DNA from: Squalus acanthias
Taxonomy: Eukaryota
DNA length: 64,000 nucleotides
Direction of reading: 5' to 3'
Assembly (NCBI GenBank): GCA_030390025.1
Contig: CM059433.1
Span: forward strand, 18,354,001 to 18,418,000
Positions 25,801 to 39,994 of this stretch are shown piece by piece (the stretch's first letter is position 1; each line of letters opens with the position of its first letter). The notes beneath the pieces are model-generated. The model worked only from the letters and a program-made list of their open reading frames with translations. It did no database searches and had not been told where the DNA came from. A program made the position numbers and the translations under genes.

Positions 25801-26552
25801 TTAGTCCTCTATGTATACTGTTGGTGCAATCAGCCTCTGTTTGTTCTGAACTGTGATACTCTTCCACACAACAGACCCGAACCAGCTCCCATGGATTTTT
25901 TTTAATGCAAATTCTAATTGACTTGTGGCACAAGATATAAGGGGAGGATAATGAAGCTAATTATATACGTGGATTCATGAGGCAGCTCGTTGTGGTTTTT
26001 GGAGAAAACGGGTTGATTTTAACTTTTGACGGTGGCGGAAAATGGGCAGTAGCAGATCGGCCGACTGCTGTACACCATGGCCAGTTTCCCCTTCCATTGA
26101 AACAGGGGCCTATTTGCACACAGGATATATATTGAGGACTAATTGGGCACAGAATTTATTCAGGAAGTGTGAATCACTCCGAATAATGCATCAGTGACAA
26201 AGTCAAGTCTGTTGTGCTTGGTGATTATTTACACCCAGCAGTTTCCTTGACTTTTATTTTGATCACACCATCAGCATCAAATGCAAATTGTACATTTTGG
26301 AGCTTAGAGTAGGCCAGTGAATAGCAAATAAGAAACACTTTGTTGCAAATTCAAATAATGGCAGCAAATGGTGAAGGCATTAAGCAAAAAAAGGAAAAAC
26401 AAATGGTGTTGTGTTGGTTCTATCAAGTTACGCCTGTGATTTTGCGCTTCATTTTATTTGGTTGATTTAGGTGTCCTATTCTTTGGCACGTAGTTGGGTG
26501 GGGTATATGCTTGTTTGGCTCATTTTCTGTAGCCTGGGGGGTGAAAGAGAAT

Positions 26553-27273
26553 GGCCTGGAGTTTGCTCCTCCATTTGAGCCCAGAGACACCCTTAATCTG
26601 GGCGCCAACCAATTACCTGGTTTTAAAGATCGCAGAATTTCGGGCATAAGTGAGTTACGCGCGTAACTACAATACGCCCAAGTCTCCTTGATCTTTTACA
26701 GCCGTCCATCAAGCCCTCCGCACGAATGAATCTCCACCCACAAAACTGGCCATGCCCCCAACTCTTAAATGCGAGTATCCTCCCATTCCACTTGTTCAGG
26801 GGGCCTCAACATTTCGGCCAGATTTTCAGGTGCAGCAGGAAACAAAACCATTCTTTTGGTGTTTTATGGCAATTATTTGAGCATTTTCTTCAAATTTATC
26901 CTGACTGAGCCCTGCTCTATTTTCTGTTTCTTTTAATGCAGTTTTATGGCGTCGGTATTAATCGCATTAAAAATTGAAAACCTTCCCTGATTGCAGATTC
27001 CTAAACATGCTGTGCCTGATGTGCATGAATGATGATTAAAATGAGTTGAAACTTAAAATTTCATACTTAAAGAAGAAATATACCTGTGTGGATTTGATAC
27101 TTTCCTTGAGCTCTGACTGTTCATGGTGATTTCTGCCCTTTTTGCGAGCGGGCGTATTCTCGTGAGATGGGGAGGATATTTGGGTGTAACTTGAGATCGG
27201 CAAAATGGGTGTGACATTGGGTGGAATTTCGGGTCTAACTTCCGGGTTGCGCCCAAGGGGGAAACTCCAGGCC
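26553..27273. mobile_element. Harbinger-type MITE
   Basis: Perfect 12-bp TIR ggcctggagttt, flanks aat/aac. Confidence 0.75.
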
Positions 27274-27343
27274 AACAAAGTTGAAACATTCGGTGCATTT
27301 TGTTATCCCCAACTCGCTCTCAATTGTTTACCTGTTTTATATT

Positions 27344-28078
27344 GGGCCAGATCTTGCTGGAAAAATAACGAAGTGTTAACAATGCACACCGTTACTAACG
27401 CAAAAACCGGCCAGCAAATTCAGGGGATCAAGAGATACGCTGTGAGTTGTGAATCTCCGGCGCTTGCTGATCGGTTTACGCCCTTCCACCGTTTGCTATG
27501 CACAAACAGCATCTCGCCCTTAGTCTCCCTGTTATTTTTAAGAACTTGCTGGATTTGCACATTAATTACCCATTAAACTTGCAGCAGAAAGTTAAGTCTG
27601 GTAATTAAGCTCCTAAGTACCCTTTAAAAACATGGTAATTGTTAGTGCAATGCCAATCAACCTCTCTGGCCCAGAAAAGGAACAATTTAAATGGTTCAAT
27701 CTCATTCCTGCACTTAGTCAATTGTTATAGATTTTAAAAATGTTAAATTTTGAAATGTTTTTCTTACTTTTCCTTTCTGTTTCTTTTTTCTCTCTCTCAA
27801 TCCAATCTTTGTTTCCCTTTCTGTACCTGATTTGACGCGAATTCATTCTCCTTTTCAGTCATTCCTCTGTTCCTTTCTCAACCCTTAAATCTCATTAGTT
27901 AAGGAGCTACACTGTTGGTCCTGCCGTTCCCTGAGGTCCCAGGTGCCCTGTTTCACTTGCTATCACCTCGCACTTCCAGCAAGTTACAGTGCAAAACATT
28001 TTCAAGCTGAAGGGTGCAGAAAAAAGTCTAACTAATGGAGCATGCTGCGAGATGCTCCGCTCCAGCAAGATCCAGCCC
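27344..28078. mobile_element. Harbinger-type MITE
   Basis: TIR gggccagatcttgctgga (16/18 match), TSD ATT; ends ~106 bp upstream of exon 28185. Confidence 0.82.
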
Positions 28079-28184
28079 ATTGTGTTCAGAAAATGTAATC
28101 TTAATGAATTTTTTTGCCTGTAGTTTTAGATTCGCTTGTATGTGTGTGTGTATACGTCCGTTACATCCTACTTTATCAATACAG

Positions 28185-28330
28185 CTTCTTCGTAGTGGAA
28201 ACAGATACCTCATAAGGTCAGATGACATGGTGGAAACGGTTTACAATGAGAAAGGAGAAATGGTGAAAACCAAAGAGCGACGTCTGTTCATGTTGAATGA
28301 TGTACTTATGTGTGCTACAGTCAATTCTCG
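28185..28330 (+). CDS. ARHGEF10: ARHGEF10 exon (PH-like start; LLRSGNRYLIRSDDMVETVYNEKGEMVKTKERRLFMLNDVLMCATVNS)
   Basis: aatacag acceptor, CG|gtatgt donor, 146 nt, phase 0 to 2. Confidence 0.95.
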
Positions 28331-28674
28331 GTATGTACAGTCAAATGTGGTACAAATATATATAAAATAAATCTTAACTTGTTCCATGCATAATATTAGT
28401 ACAGTTTTCCTGTTGGATAAGTCTGCTTCGAAGCAACTGTTTTTGCTCATTTTAACACAGTGAAGTTATTAAGATTCTTCTTTGCCATTTTGGCCAGACT
28501 GATACCTGCTGCATTTCAATGTTGCACGGAGATCTCCCTCAGTTATTCAGTCCTAGCTCACTTTTCAAAGCCGGCTTCAAAGTTTTGAGATTTGATGTGA
28601 CTGTTGCTCGCTACAGAAATATCCCAAGCTTGATTCCTCTAAGCAGAGAAACATCAGGTTTTGGTTTAGTACAT

Positions 28675-29145
28675 TTTTTTTTATTCGTTCATGGGATCTG
28701 GGTGTCGCTGGCAAGGCCAGCAGTTTTTGCCCATCCCTAATTGTCCTTGAGAAGATGGTGGTGAGCCACCGCCTTGAACTGCTGCAGTCCATGTGGTGAA
28801 GGTACTCCCACAGTGCTGTTAGGTAGGGAGTTCCAGGATTTTGGACCAGCGATGATGAAGGATCGGCGATATACTTCTAAGTCAGGATGGTGTGTAACTT
28901 GGAGGGGAACTTGGAGGTGGTGATGTTCCCATGCGCCTGCTGCCCTTGTCCTTCTAGGTGGTAGAGGTCGCGGGTTTGGGAGGTGCTGCCGAAGAAGCCT
29001 TGGCGAGTTGCTGCAGTGCATCTTGTAGAGGGTACACACTGCAGCCACGGTACGCCGGTGGTGGAGGGAGTGAATATTTAAGGTGGTGGATGGGGTGCCA
29101 ATCAAGCTGGCTGTTTTGTCCTGGATGGTGTTGAGCTTCTTGAGT
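28675..29145 (-). mobile_element. CR1/L2-group LINE 3' fragment
   Basis: Near-identical to the 3' end of 36470-38070 (HSLHHRRTVAAVCTLYKMHCSNSPRLL). Confidence 0.85.
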
Positions 29146-32100
29146 GACCTTGCAGACCTCCAACTCCAGGTCAGATAGGAAATTAAATAATAGCCAAGGA
29201 TGCCCCCAGAAATATTCAGAAAGGAAGCCCTAGGTGAGAGGTTTCTGTGCTGGTTTGTATGACTAGCAAGAAGTCTTGTCGTATAAGTTTTTGGGTTTTA
29301 TCTTTTATAGTGTGTTGTTACTGCAAAAGTAGTTGTTGCTATTTTAATCTGAATGTCATTCCATTGAGATCTAGCTAAGTGTTTGGGATCTTCTAGGAGT
29401 CAAACAACCTTATGGAGCATCGGTCACCAATTTCTCCACTGTTTGTTTTGCCAATGATCCAACATACGCTCAGCCTGCGTGGTCAAATCACCCAAATCTT
29501 CACCTAAAACTCCGCCAATTTTAGACCCCTCATCAGCGCCAATTTAGCAGCAGCTGAAGCATTTGCAGTTGAGCTCAGGTTTGATGTCAACCAACGATTG
29601 TATCAATGTCAAATCCAACAGGAGGAACAAGAGCTAGCTGCTGAGTTGAGTTAGCTGCTGAGTTCTAAAAATGTCAACGCCCATCCCGTAGAAGAAAGAG
29701 TAAAACAATAAGTGAGTGAATCATCCCAAACCCAGCGGCATCCTTAAGGATACCTGGAGTGCCTATCTTGGTACGTTGCTGGCTTTCATCAAATTGTCAC
29801 CTTCAATCACCTGCTGTGGCAATATCTGAGCTTCAGTGATACTAACCTCCTGGGACATTCGTAGAGGCTTCAGGCATTTTCACTATCCGCTTCTCCAAAT
29901 TACCTAAAGGATCCTCCTTTTCTAACTCCTGGCAATGTCTACAAATCATTGCCACTTCCAGTACAGACAAAAAACCCAAGTTAGAAATTACATCGAACAG
30001 TTTTTCAGCAAATGGCATCCAGTCTTGTTGCGTGAGATAGACTGTAATGGTCAGGTATGCCTTTCATTTCATCAGGTCGCCTCCAAGATTCTGAATGGGA
30101 CACTGAGGCAATATGCAAATAAGGGAGCTTTTGAATAGCGAGCTGCAAAAATTACTCTTGGCCGGGGCAGCGAGTCAGGAAAACTCAAGGATCTATTGCA
30201 GTTCTGAAAAGCACAGAGCTTCCAACTGAACTTATATCGCAGAGTTTTGAACTTCATCGTGAAAGAAAAATTCAAGATTGTTCAAATGGTATAGCTGCCT
30301 AGCTGTGGCCAACCTCAAAATGTCTGCTTCCACATCGGAATCAGGGAGTCTTATTAGATGTACCTTGTTTCAGTACAGGTAGTGTTACTTGGCCATGGTT
30401 TACTATTGCCTGTCAGTGGGGACAGCTCTACTGCAAGAACTATGTATCTGTTGTTAGACAGATGATTAGGTAGTATAACACGTTCATGTGTGTTGATCAA
30501 AACAACAGTCCCAAGAGCCTTATCCTGCTTAGAAAGATTGGTTGGTGGGAGAAGTCACTTTTCTAACTGCCAAAGAAAATATCAGCCCCCACCCCCAGCT
30601 ATTTTTTACCTTTCTCAGTTGAAGGTATTAACTCCGGCTGGGTTATAGAAGCCCTTTAGTCGCCATTCTTCATGTGTGATCCTAGATCATGAATATGGGC
30701 AATTGACCATGTCTGACAACTAAACCGAATCTTCTCCAGACCACACATTGTGCGCACATTTTCCAGCAGAGGCCACAGGATAGTGATTAGGATTTGGAAG
30801 CCTGGCTTAATTTCCACTCCCTAACCCAGAGATGTTGTGGCCAGTTACAGAAATTCCAGCTAATATAGCACAGAGCAGGCATTGACTTTGGGGCATTCCT
30901 GGTCTGCATAGCTCAATATGGCTGGGCCGTGCCTTTGTGAATAAGCTACTTTTGTTCAATGGTATCTGCTTCTGGAAAGTGTTGGGCCGAGTCTTAATCC
31001 CACCAGACAGGTTGCCACCATCCAACAGAGTCCTGTGCTCTCCAGGTGGGGCTCAGAATCTGAGCACAACATTATTTATGTCATCCAGTTGTGACCATCT
31101 TTGGAATGACTTCATGTGAGATTTTGACTACTTTTGCAATTGAATGTTCTGGGCTCGTTTACCTGGATATCCAGTACTGGTAGCAAATGAATGAGACAGA
31201 TCTGTTTGTCTAACACTTTGTGGGGTATTGAAATTGGCAGCAGGCAACTTCAGGACAGACGGTGGGGAGGAAGGGAACAAATGTTTTGTAACACATTAAT
31301 TCTCTCTCCATATCACGCTGATTACAGAAACCTGTAAACAAAAAAAATGGGAAAAAGACTCTTTTAATGGGAAAGAACTGTATTTTATATTTGAGAAAGT
31401 AATATTTTTGGTGTAATGCTGCTGCACTAAATGGTTAGCTCTCGTCCTAGCCTTAGGACTTGATATCAATTATTGTCTGATACATCCAGTGAAGATGAAA
31501 TTGTCTATTTAGGTTTGGTCACTCTGTGAACAAACTTACCATGCAAAGAAGTAAAAGTTAACGTCCTGGCGTGGGGTTTGAACCGACAGTCTTCAGACTC
31601 TGAGGTGCTACCAACTGAGCCAGACTGATACTTGGAGGAAGATAAATTGCAATTAAAGCAACATCTCCAATAATTAATAAGTCAATAAAATAATTAGCTA
31701 TCTGAGAAAGCAGCAGGATTGTTGAATTGTTATGGCTTTAATAAAACTATGTTGCAAACTACCACAGCTATTCTGTCTGTTTTAGTGTCGAGCACTTTGG
31801 GGCATTAAATAAAATCACTCTGAAGATTTAGACCTACTCCCGTATTGCCAACTACCGGGTTATAATTAAGTATGGTTATATAACAAACCTTCTTTGTCAT
31901 CCTGGAGGAAGTCGTCTTATAGCTAGAGGAGTTACTACAATGAATCCTTGATTTTGAAACAAGCTATTTTGCTGACTGCTGGTTTGTAATGACTAGGTTT
32001 GACTTTATATTTTCATATAATATACAAATCATGGAAGAGAAATCTGCTTCTAGCTGTAGTTGGCGAGATCAATGGCCTATTACTTTGTTTTTTTTAAAAT

Positions 32101-32423
32101 CAGGCTATTGTGCTGCAGGTACCAAAATTCTATGTCGATCACAATTTTGATTTAATCATGGCAAATCAATAATCATGGTTATCTTCAAATTATATAGTAA
32201 TGTAGTTCTGATAGAAAATGGCTGAAGACGACACTTTATTTGAGTGTGATATTCCTGTAGAAAATATACTGTCCATTGATTTTTTTTCCCTTGCTATTCC
32301 TAGCATAGAAAACCTTTACACTGATTAGGTGATTTCCACCATCGTAGATTTCAGTTTCTGTTTTATCAAGTCAAGCAGTTATATTTACCTGACATTCTAC
32401 TTAAATGTCTGATTCTATTTCAG

Positions 32424-32599
32424 AGTCCAGTATGACAGCAGTGGTATAATGCCCTCTGGACTGAGGTACTTGCTTAAGTGGAGTGTACCGCTAAAGCAGG
32501 TTGAAGTGGTAGAATTTGGGAACAGTGAAGACCTGGCGGAGAAAAGTAGATTTACTCCGCCACATTCTGGAGAAAAGATTCTAATTAGTGCAAAACCAA
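32424..32599 (+). CDS. ARHGEF10: ARHGEF10 exon (PH-like; VQYDSSGIMPSGLRYLLKWSVPLKQVEVVEFG...ILISAKP)
   Basis: tttcag acceptor, A|gtaagt donor, 176 nt, phase 2 to 1, RYLLKWSVPL motif. Confidence 0.94.
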
Positions 32600-33548
32600 G
32601 TAAGTACATTTTCCAGTTTTGATAGTTCTGACTTGTAGCTGGTAACCCTCTGAACTGTGCTATCTCCTCGGTGCAAAAGGACTTTTTTAATGCTTAATGA
32701 CAGGAGTTTTCGAACTACAGGCTGTGGCCCACTGAGCCCAGGCAACTTGGATCTATTTGTGCTTCTATTTCTTATTCACTGGTCGGTCCTGTTAGAATTT
32801 GTTTGGGCCTCCAGTGTTGCAAAGGGCCATTCTTAGTACTGTTGTCTTATTGATGAATAAATTCAAAATCAGAAAACTCACTATCTGTTAGTGTCAGCAG
32901 CTTGAGGCAATAGGGATTCAATGGGAGCATGGATTTAAACGTTATATGTGGCCCCAAAGCTCCACAGAAACAGAAAAACTGAGACATTCTGCTTTGTAAT
33001 ATTGAGAGGGAAATTGGATTTATGAACATACTTGCAAAATCCAAATGGATTTGTAAAATATTTTGTGGGAAGCATTTTTATTTGTTTTGAAAGTGTAAGA
33101 GGCAAATGCATGTACCTGGGATCTGCTTGAAGAATTTTAGTGGATCAATTTTATGACTTGAGAAGTGGTCAAGATTTGCCTTGTGAATGAATCCCTACAT
33201 TTGTTGTTTTTTTTTTTAAAGAGAAACATACAGCATATGAAGGGTATTAAGAATTGTCAGAACAAGAAAAGACAATTCAGTTCACCCTGTTCCTCCTATC
33301 AGTCAGTTCCTCTGTATGACTCCTTTTATCAGATGTCATCAGATGCCTGGTCAAAAGTGACAGTTCAAAGTACCCCACACTATTGTGCTTCGCCATCGGG
33401 AAATGCAGTTGGTCGCTCCACCATTGCCTCAGAATAAATGGGAAGTCTTCCAGGTTGATTGAACACTGCATGTGGTACTGCTGCTAGAAAGGAGTCAGGA
33501 CATCCCTACATCTACATAGACATGGGGTGAAAAATAGTAGATGCATTA

Positions 33549-33586
33549 TCATGGGGAAGACCACATGATCATGGGGAAGACCACAT
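33549..33586. repeat. Short tandem duplication (atggggaagaccacat) x2
   Basis: Directly visible. Confidence 0.8.
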
Positions 33587-35491
33587 TAGCAGACATATTT
33601 ACCTCGTGCTTGTAGAAGCCATTTTTTGAAACACCATCTTTGTCTTTGTCTCCTTTACTTCATGCAGCACTGAGTTTAGATATGGAAATTGATGCTGGTT
33701 TATGAATAGGAGAAAAACAGTATTATGTCTTATGGTCAGGTACTTTATTGTATTCTGCAGTCTTTATCCATTTGTGTCATTTTTCATGTAGCTACAAGGT
33801 TGGTACAATTTGGTCTCTATATGTGTCGTGATAAATTGGTGCATGATTTTTTTTTTGCCTTGGCACGAGAGCTTTCCTGCATTGAAATGGGTGCCAGTTA
33901 GTTTTTGCCTAAACGCCTGGCCATCCCATTCCTCCTCTGAATCAACGTTGGCAGCTATGATGGGGCAGAATTCCATTGTTGCTATCCTCTTCCTGGGATT
34001 CCAGATGTACTGAGTTTACTTGTAACACCTCTGAGCTCGAACCATGGCTGACCTGTAGAGTGCACTTAAATATTCAGAATCTGCTACGTTTAATGGGATC
34101 CACCCATCAGCTAATGGCTTTAATTGCTATTTTCATGATAGCATGTCAGAAATTGGAAACTCTATCCACACCATGTGCTACTGTATCCAGCTGTTAGACT
34201 AGCAGCAACATTGTTGACACCACAAACTCTTCTCCCTTCTGATCCTCATCACATTACCAATGTTCACCAATTTTATTTGCAAAAGATAGTTTGGCCATTG
34301 CAGGTTTCATAAACTATTATGAGCGTGGAATTATTGACTATTTTCTCATTAAATGAGCTTGAACTGCTTCCATTCATAATGATCTCCAAAATTTAGCAAA
34401 TATGTGATAATTAAAAGGCCCATCATTCCCCAATCATGTTTCTGAGCTGGTTACTACCCTGGTAATCAATAAGCTGCAAAATATTTATGCCACAGCATCT
34501 CTTCCTTCTACCCGCATTTCTTTAACTATTGTTGGATGAATTCCATCTGCTCCTATAGTTAAGTGGTCCGGTTTTTACATTGGCATTTCATTACTTCTCT
34601 GCGATCTTTGCACCTTCTGCCAGGATGCACACCTCACGGTCGAAGGGTAAAAATTGTATGGGGTGGGGGAGGACTTTAATTTTCTTCAATTGACAGGCTG
34701 TGACTGATATATCTTGCTGGCCTTCTGATTATGGTAGTTTATGCTGACGCTATAAATGTGAGTGTGTGGAAATCAATATATAATTTCCACAGCATTTGCA
34801 TGTGCTTAAATTTTCCGCAAGATAACCATCCCACAATTCTTGTAAACGAGCTGAGCTGTGGAAAGTGCTCATTATGCAGTTGGCTTTCTCCAGAGACGCC
34901 TAATCAGATGTACAAGTTGCACTTGCAATGCTCCTAGATAATGATGGGACTTTTTATACGCTACGCAGTTTTCTTCTGTACTTACCTGGTTGTTTCTTGA
35001 GTGAAACTAGCTGAGACTGGCATATCTCATTTTTCTCTCAAATGTTACTTCCACGGTGGGCTTCATGCGATGGTAATTGCTTGTCTGGTAATAACTCCTT
35101 AAGTCCCAAAGGAGGAAGGATGAAACACTGCATTTTCCGTTTCAGGCATCTTGCATTGTAATCATTTATTTAACTGTGTATTGGTATATAGACAGTGTTT
35201 GTGTAAAGCTAATAAATCACAAACATGCAGCAACTCTTTGAGACCGCTTCACGTACACCCGACACACCCTTTCACCTTCTCCTGGTAAGCTTGTTTCGTT
35301 CTTAGTCCTGTGGGTTATACTTCATGCGAACATTTTTCTTGGCTTCCTTTCCTGATAAATGCAGAATTTCTGTGCACTGCTTTATAATGCAGGTTTGGGT
35401 AGATATGAAAATGATGCCCCAATTCTCTCATACAGATTTCCACCTTGCTGGGCTTTTGAAATTTATTTTGTATTGTAAATGAATGGACATA

Positions 35492-35869
35492 TTTTATTTT
35501 TATTCGTTCACGGGTTGTGGGCGTCGCTGGCATCCCTAATTGCCCTTGAGTGACTTGCTGGGCCATTTCAGAGGGCAGTTAAGAGTCAACCACATTGTTG
35601 TGGGTCTGGAGTCACATATAGGCCAGACCAGGTAAGGGCAGCAGATTTCCTTCCCTAAAGGACATTAGTGAACCAGATGGGTTTTTACAACAATCCGATA
35701 GTTTCATGGTGACCATTACTGATACTAGCCTTTTATTCCAGATTTATTTAATTAACTGAATTTAAATTCCGTAGCTGCCGCGGTGGGATTTGAACTCTAG
35801 TCTCTGGATTATGAGTCCAGGCCTCTGGATTACTAGTCCAGTAACATTACCACTATGCTGCCGTTCCCT
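35492..35869 (-). mobile_element. tRNA-derived SINE (same family as 7330-7678)
   Basis: Collinear with 7330-7678; tail gggcgtcgctggcatccctaattgcccttgag is shared with the LINE tail. Confidence 0.7.
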
Positions 35870-36469
35870 ATTTAGATCTGGTTTGTGTGGTTGAATGACT
35901 TGAAAACAAGGTTTAAAAAACACATTATTAATCAAATTTCATCTCTTCAGGTACAACTGAACACACAAAGCACTGTGAAGTCCCATCTTTACGACTTTTT
36001 CTTAAAATAAATGATAAAGCTTTCAGTGACTTCACAAGATGTATCAGCTGGTACAGGAGAATACATTGGGGTTGTTGATATCTTTGTGTACAGACTGGGA
36101 ATCATGTACAGTATTTGGTTTAATGGGATATCAAGGCTGTCTCTATGTAGAAAAAACATGTCTTGCATAGCTGGTTCATCGATTTATGGGGTTTTGGGAA
36201 GGAGCTAGTAGCTTACCCCAATCTGGATTGGCCCCTTCATGGGTCATGATCTGGGTGTGTGAGGTGGGCATCTGGATGTTATAGGGCTCTGGACCTTTGA
36301 TATCTCTGGAGTTCTAGGCAGAGAAGTTCCATCTGAATGTTATTTTTAAAAATTGAATGTCAAGAATTTGCCTTGCCACGGTTCACAATTGTTGAAAATT
36401 TGGTACAGAATGGTGAACTGCATAGACCAATTGATTTTAAGTCGAGTAAACACTAAAACGTATTTTTTA

Positions 36470-38070
36470 AATTATTATTCATTCACGGGATGTGGGCATC
36501 ACTGGCAAGCCCAGCATTTATTGCCATCCCTAATTGCCCTCGAGAAGGTGGTGGTGAGCTGCCTTCTTGAACCGCTGCAGTCCGTGTGGTGAAGGTGCTC
36601 CCACAGTGCTGTTAGTGAGGGAGTTCCAGGATTTTGACCCAGCGATGATGAAGGATCGGCGATATACTTCCAAGTCAGGATGGTGTGTGACTTGGAGGGG
36701 AACTTGGAGGTGGTGGTGTTCCCATGCGCCTGCTGCCCTTGTCCTTCTAGGTGGAAGAGGTCGCGGGTTTGGGAGGTGCTGCCGAAGAAGCCTTGGCGAG
36801 TTGCTGCAGTGCATCTTGTAGATGGTACACACTGCAGCCTCGGTGCACCGGTGGTGGAGAGAGTGAATGTTTAAAGTGGTGGATGGGGTACCAATCAAGC
36901 GGGCTGCTTTGTCCTGGATGGTGTCGAGCTTCTTGTGTTGTTGAAGCTGCACTCATCCAGGCAAGTGGAGAGTAGTCCATCACACTCCTGACTTGTGCCT
37001 TGTAGATAGTGGAAAGGCTTTGGGGAGTCAGGAGGTGAGACACTCGCCGCAGAATACCTAGCCTCTGACCTGCTCTTATTGTCACCGTATTTCTGTGGCT
37101 GGTCCAGTTAAGTTTCTGGTCAATGGTGACCCCCAGGATGGTGATGGTGGGGGAATTTGGCGATGGTAATGCCGTTGAATGTCAAGGGGTGGTGGTTAGA
37201 CTCTCGCTTGTTGGAGATAGCCATTGCCTGGCATTTCTGTGGCGCGAATGTTACCTGCCACTTATCAGCCCAAGCCTGAACGTCATCCAGGTCATGTTGC
37301 ATGCGGGTATGGACTGCTACATTATTTGAGGAATTGTGAATGGCGCTGAACACTGCAGTCATCAGCGAACATCCCCATTTCTGACCTTATGTTGGAGAGA
37401 AGGTCATTGATGAAGCAGCTGAAGATGGTTGGGCCTAGGACACTGCCCTGAGGAACTCCTGCAGCGATGTCCTGGGGCTGTGATGATTGACCTCCAACCA
37501 CCACAACCATCTTCCTTTGTGCTAGGTATGACTCCAACCAGTGGAGAGTTTTCCTCCCAATTCCCATTGACTTCAGTTTTACTAGGGCTCCTTGATGCCA
37601 CACTCTGTCTAATGCTGCCTTGATGTCAAGAGCAGTTACTCTCACCTCACCTCTAGAATTCAGCTCCTTTGTCCATTTTTGGACCAAGGCTGTGATGAGG
37701 TCAGGAGCAGAGTGGTCTTGGCGGAACCCAAACTGGGCATCAGTGAGCAGGTTATTGGTGAGTAAGTGTCGCTTGATAGCACTGTCGATGACACTTCCAT
37801 CACTTTGCTGATGATTGAGAGTAGACTGATGGGGTGGTAATTGGCCGGATTGGACTTGTCCTGCTTTTTGTGGACAGGATATACCTGGGCAGTTTTCCAC
37901 ATTGTCGGATAGATGCCAGTGTTGTAGCTGTACTGGAACAGCTTGGCTAGAGGTGCGGCTAGTTATGGAGCATAGGTCTTCAGCACGACAGCCGGGATGT
38001 TGTCGGGGCCCATAGCCTTTGCTGTATCCAGTGTGCTCAGCCATTTCTTGATATCTCGTGGTGTGAATTA
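36470..38070 (-). mobile_element. CR1/L2-group LINE, 5' truncated, RT domain
   Basis: QFGFRQDHS, ALDIKAALDRVWH, GVPQGSVLGPTIF, MFADD; frameshifted. Confidence 0.9.
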
Positions 38071-39126
38071 TTAAACAAGATATTCTACTCCTAAGAAGAG
38101 TACCCGAGGCTATATGCCATTAAACAAGATATACCAGTTTATAATTTCTATAAATGCAGTGGTGTTTTTTGCATGGCTTTTATTACTTATGTGCATAATT
38201 AATGCTGCAGTTTAGAGAAAAACATTTTTTACTGTCCGAAAACTGAAAATTGTCCATTTACCACTTGCCATTAATAGACAACTGGTGACAGCATCTGCAT
38301 GTAATGTATTCTGGTCCCAGTTACATATCTGTGGATACAAGTTACCAGCAAGCAATTTTTGAATATTTTGGTTTGATTTTTTTTTCCCCGGTACAATTTC
38401 ATAATTTTATTGTGACGTACTGACCAGTCTGGACTTGTTCAGTCGTATATGAAGAGTGCGGGCAATCTTTTGCCGAGATTTCAAATGTGACTGACACATT
38501 TGCTTTGCGTCCACCAATTAGTATCAGGCATTCTCTTCAGCTTAATGTTGTCACTGTTTCTGTGCTCTGAGATGTCAGTAAAACTTGAGCTCAGACGAAG
38601 CTGAATAGATTCCCGCACCACTCGGCATACAAATGCAGGAGTTCTGTGCCGAGCTGTTGTGGGAGTTTAGAAGTTAACTGCATAATGAGGAAGCAAGAAC
38701 AATGATGAGTCATCAACTGAAAATAACCGCAGAAAAATCAAGTTTGTTTTTAAAGGAACATGTGAAATCGAAATTTTCAGCATTATTCTTTATAATGTCA
38801 TAATTGTGAATTGTAATTATTCCTTTTTTTTTACAAAGAGAAAAGAATTCAAATTAGGATAAGAAAGATAATTCGGGTCAGTTTTCAACTTGTCGTCCGG
38901 GCACCCCGTGTTATATTAATTTAAACCCTCCCCCACAGCACTAGTTAATCTCCCAGCAAGGGCATTGATCATGGTCGTGTTCACATGAAGCCTGTCTATC
39001 CTGTACAGGCCACTCCTGTCTCCGATCTGGTTCCAGGAATTTGAACGCCTCCTTCCTGCACCATCTCTCCAGCCATGCAATGAACTTCCTTATGTTGTTG
39101 TTCCTATACTGAAAAGTACATGGCAC

Positions 39127-39273
39127 CAGTGTTCCCCCTCATTTTTGTTTGGGGTGCACAGCCCCATCACAGTTTCGCGCATGCACAACACTTTACATGG
39201 GGGAAAAGCCGGACCCCGGGCTGGGCAGGACCGGCAGAGAGCTGCGTGGCCGCACAGCTTGGAGGGAACATTG
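39127..39273. mobile_element. hAT-type MITE (147 bp)
   Basis: TIRs cagtgttccc / gggaacattg; perfect 8-bp TSD catggcac (39119-39126 and 39274-39281). Confidence 0.88.
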
Positions 39274-39703
39274 CATGGCACCTGCAGCATTGTTTTACAA
39301 CCGACAATGAGGTTTCTCCCTCACTCAACAGGCGTTTGCACACTCTCTTTTTATTCTTTCTCTTTTCTCACTCTGTCTGCCTCAATAGAATCTTTCTTCC
39401 CCCTCACTTTCAACACATTCTTTCTCTACATTCCACCTCCCCTCCCCAAAATGTATCTAAACTTTTCTCTTTTCCTTTTCCCCAAGATAGCATGTCTCTC
39501 TGTGATTCTAATACCTGTTCCCTTTTATACCAAATCCTCAAGAGGTCTTTCTTTCCCTGATCATGACCGAATCTGTGTTGGAAATCTGAGGTTGAAGTGC
39601 GATACATAGTTTTCAGATTAAGTGTGTTGGACTGGGCGTCTGCTGAACCTGTTTTATATATTAGCGGATGGTTGGCATTGCTCATGGTGAGTCATGTGTT
39701 ATC

Positions 39704-39994
39704 ACAGAATCCCCACAGTGCAGATCGAGGCCATTTCGGCCCATCGAGCCTGCACCGACACATATCCCACCCTATCCCCGTAACCCCACGTATTTAATCC
39801 CCCTAACACTAAGGGTCAATTTATCATAGCCAAATCAACCTAACCCGCACATCTTTGGACTGTGGGAGGAAACCCACGCAGACATGGGGAGAATGTGCAA
39901 ACTCCACACAGACAGTCACCCGTGGCCGGATTCGAACCCGGGTCCCTGGCGCTGTGAGGCAACAGTGCTAACCACTATGCCACCGTGTTGCCCC
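39704..39994 (-). mobile_element. V-SINE (HE1-like) with 10-bp TSD atgtgttatc
   Basis: TSD copies at 39694-39703 and 40015-40024; body near-identical to 2960-3275. Confidence 0.85.

Noticed and set aside
29935..30138. Possible very old Harbinger transposase C-terminus (VRNYIEQFFSKW...EIDCNG)
   Set aside because: The resemblance to TRSIIEQTIG...CLDRSG is too weak without an HMM search, and no TIR pair was found.
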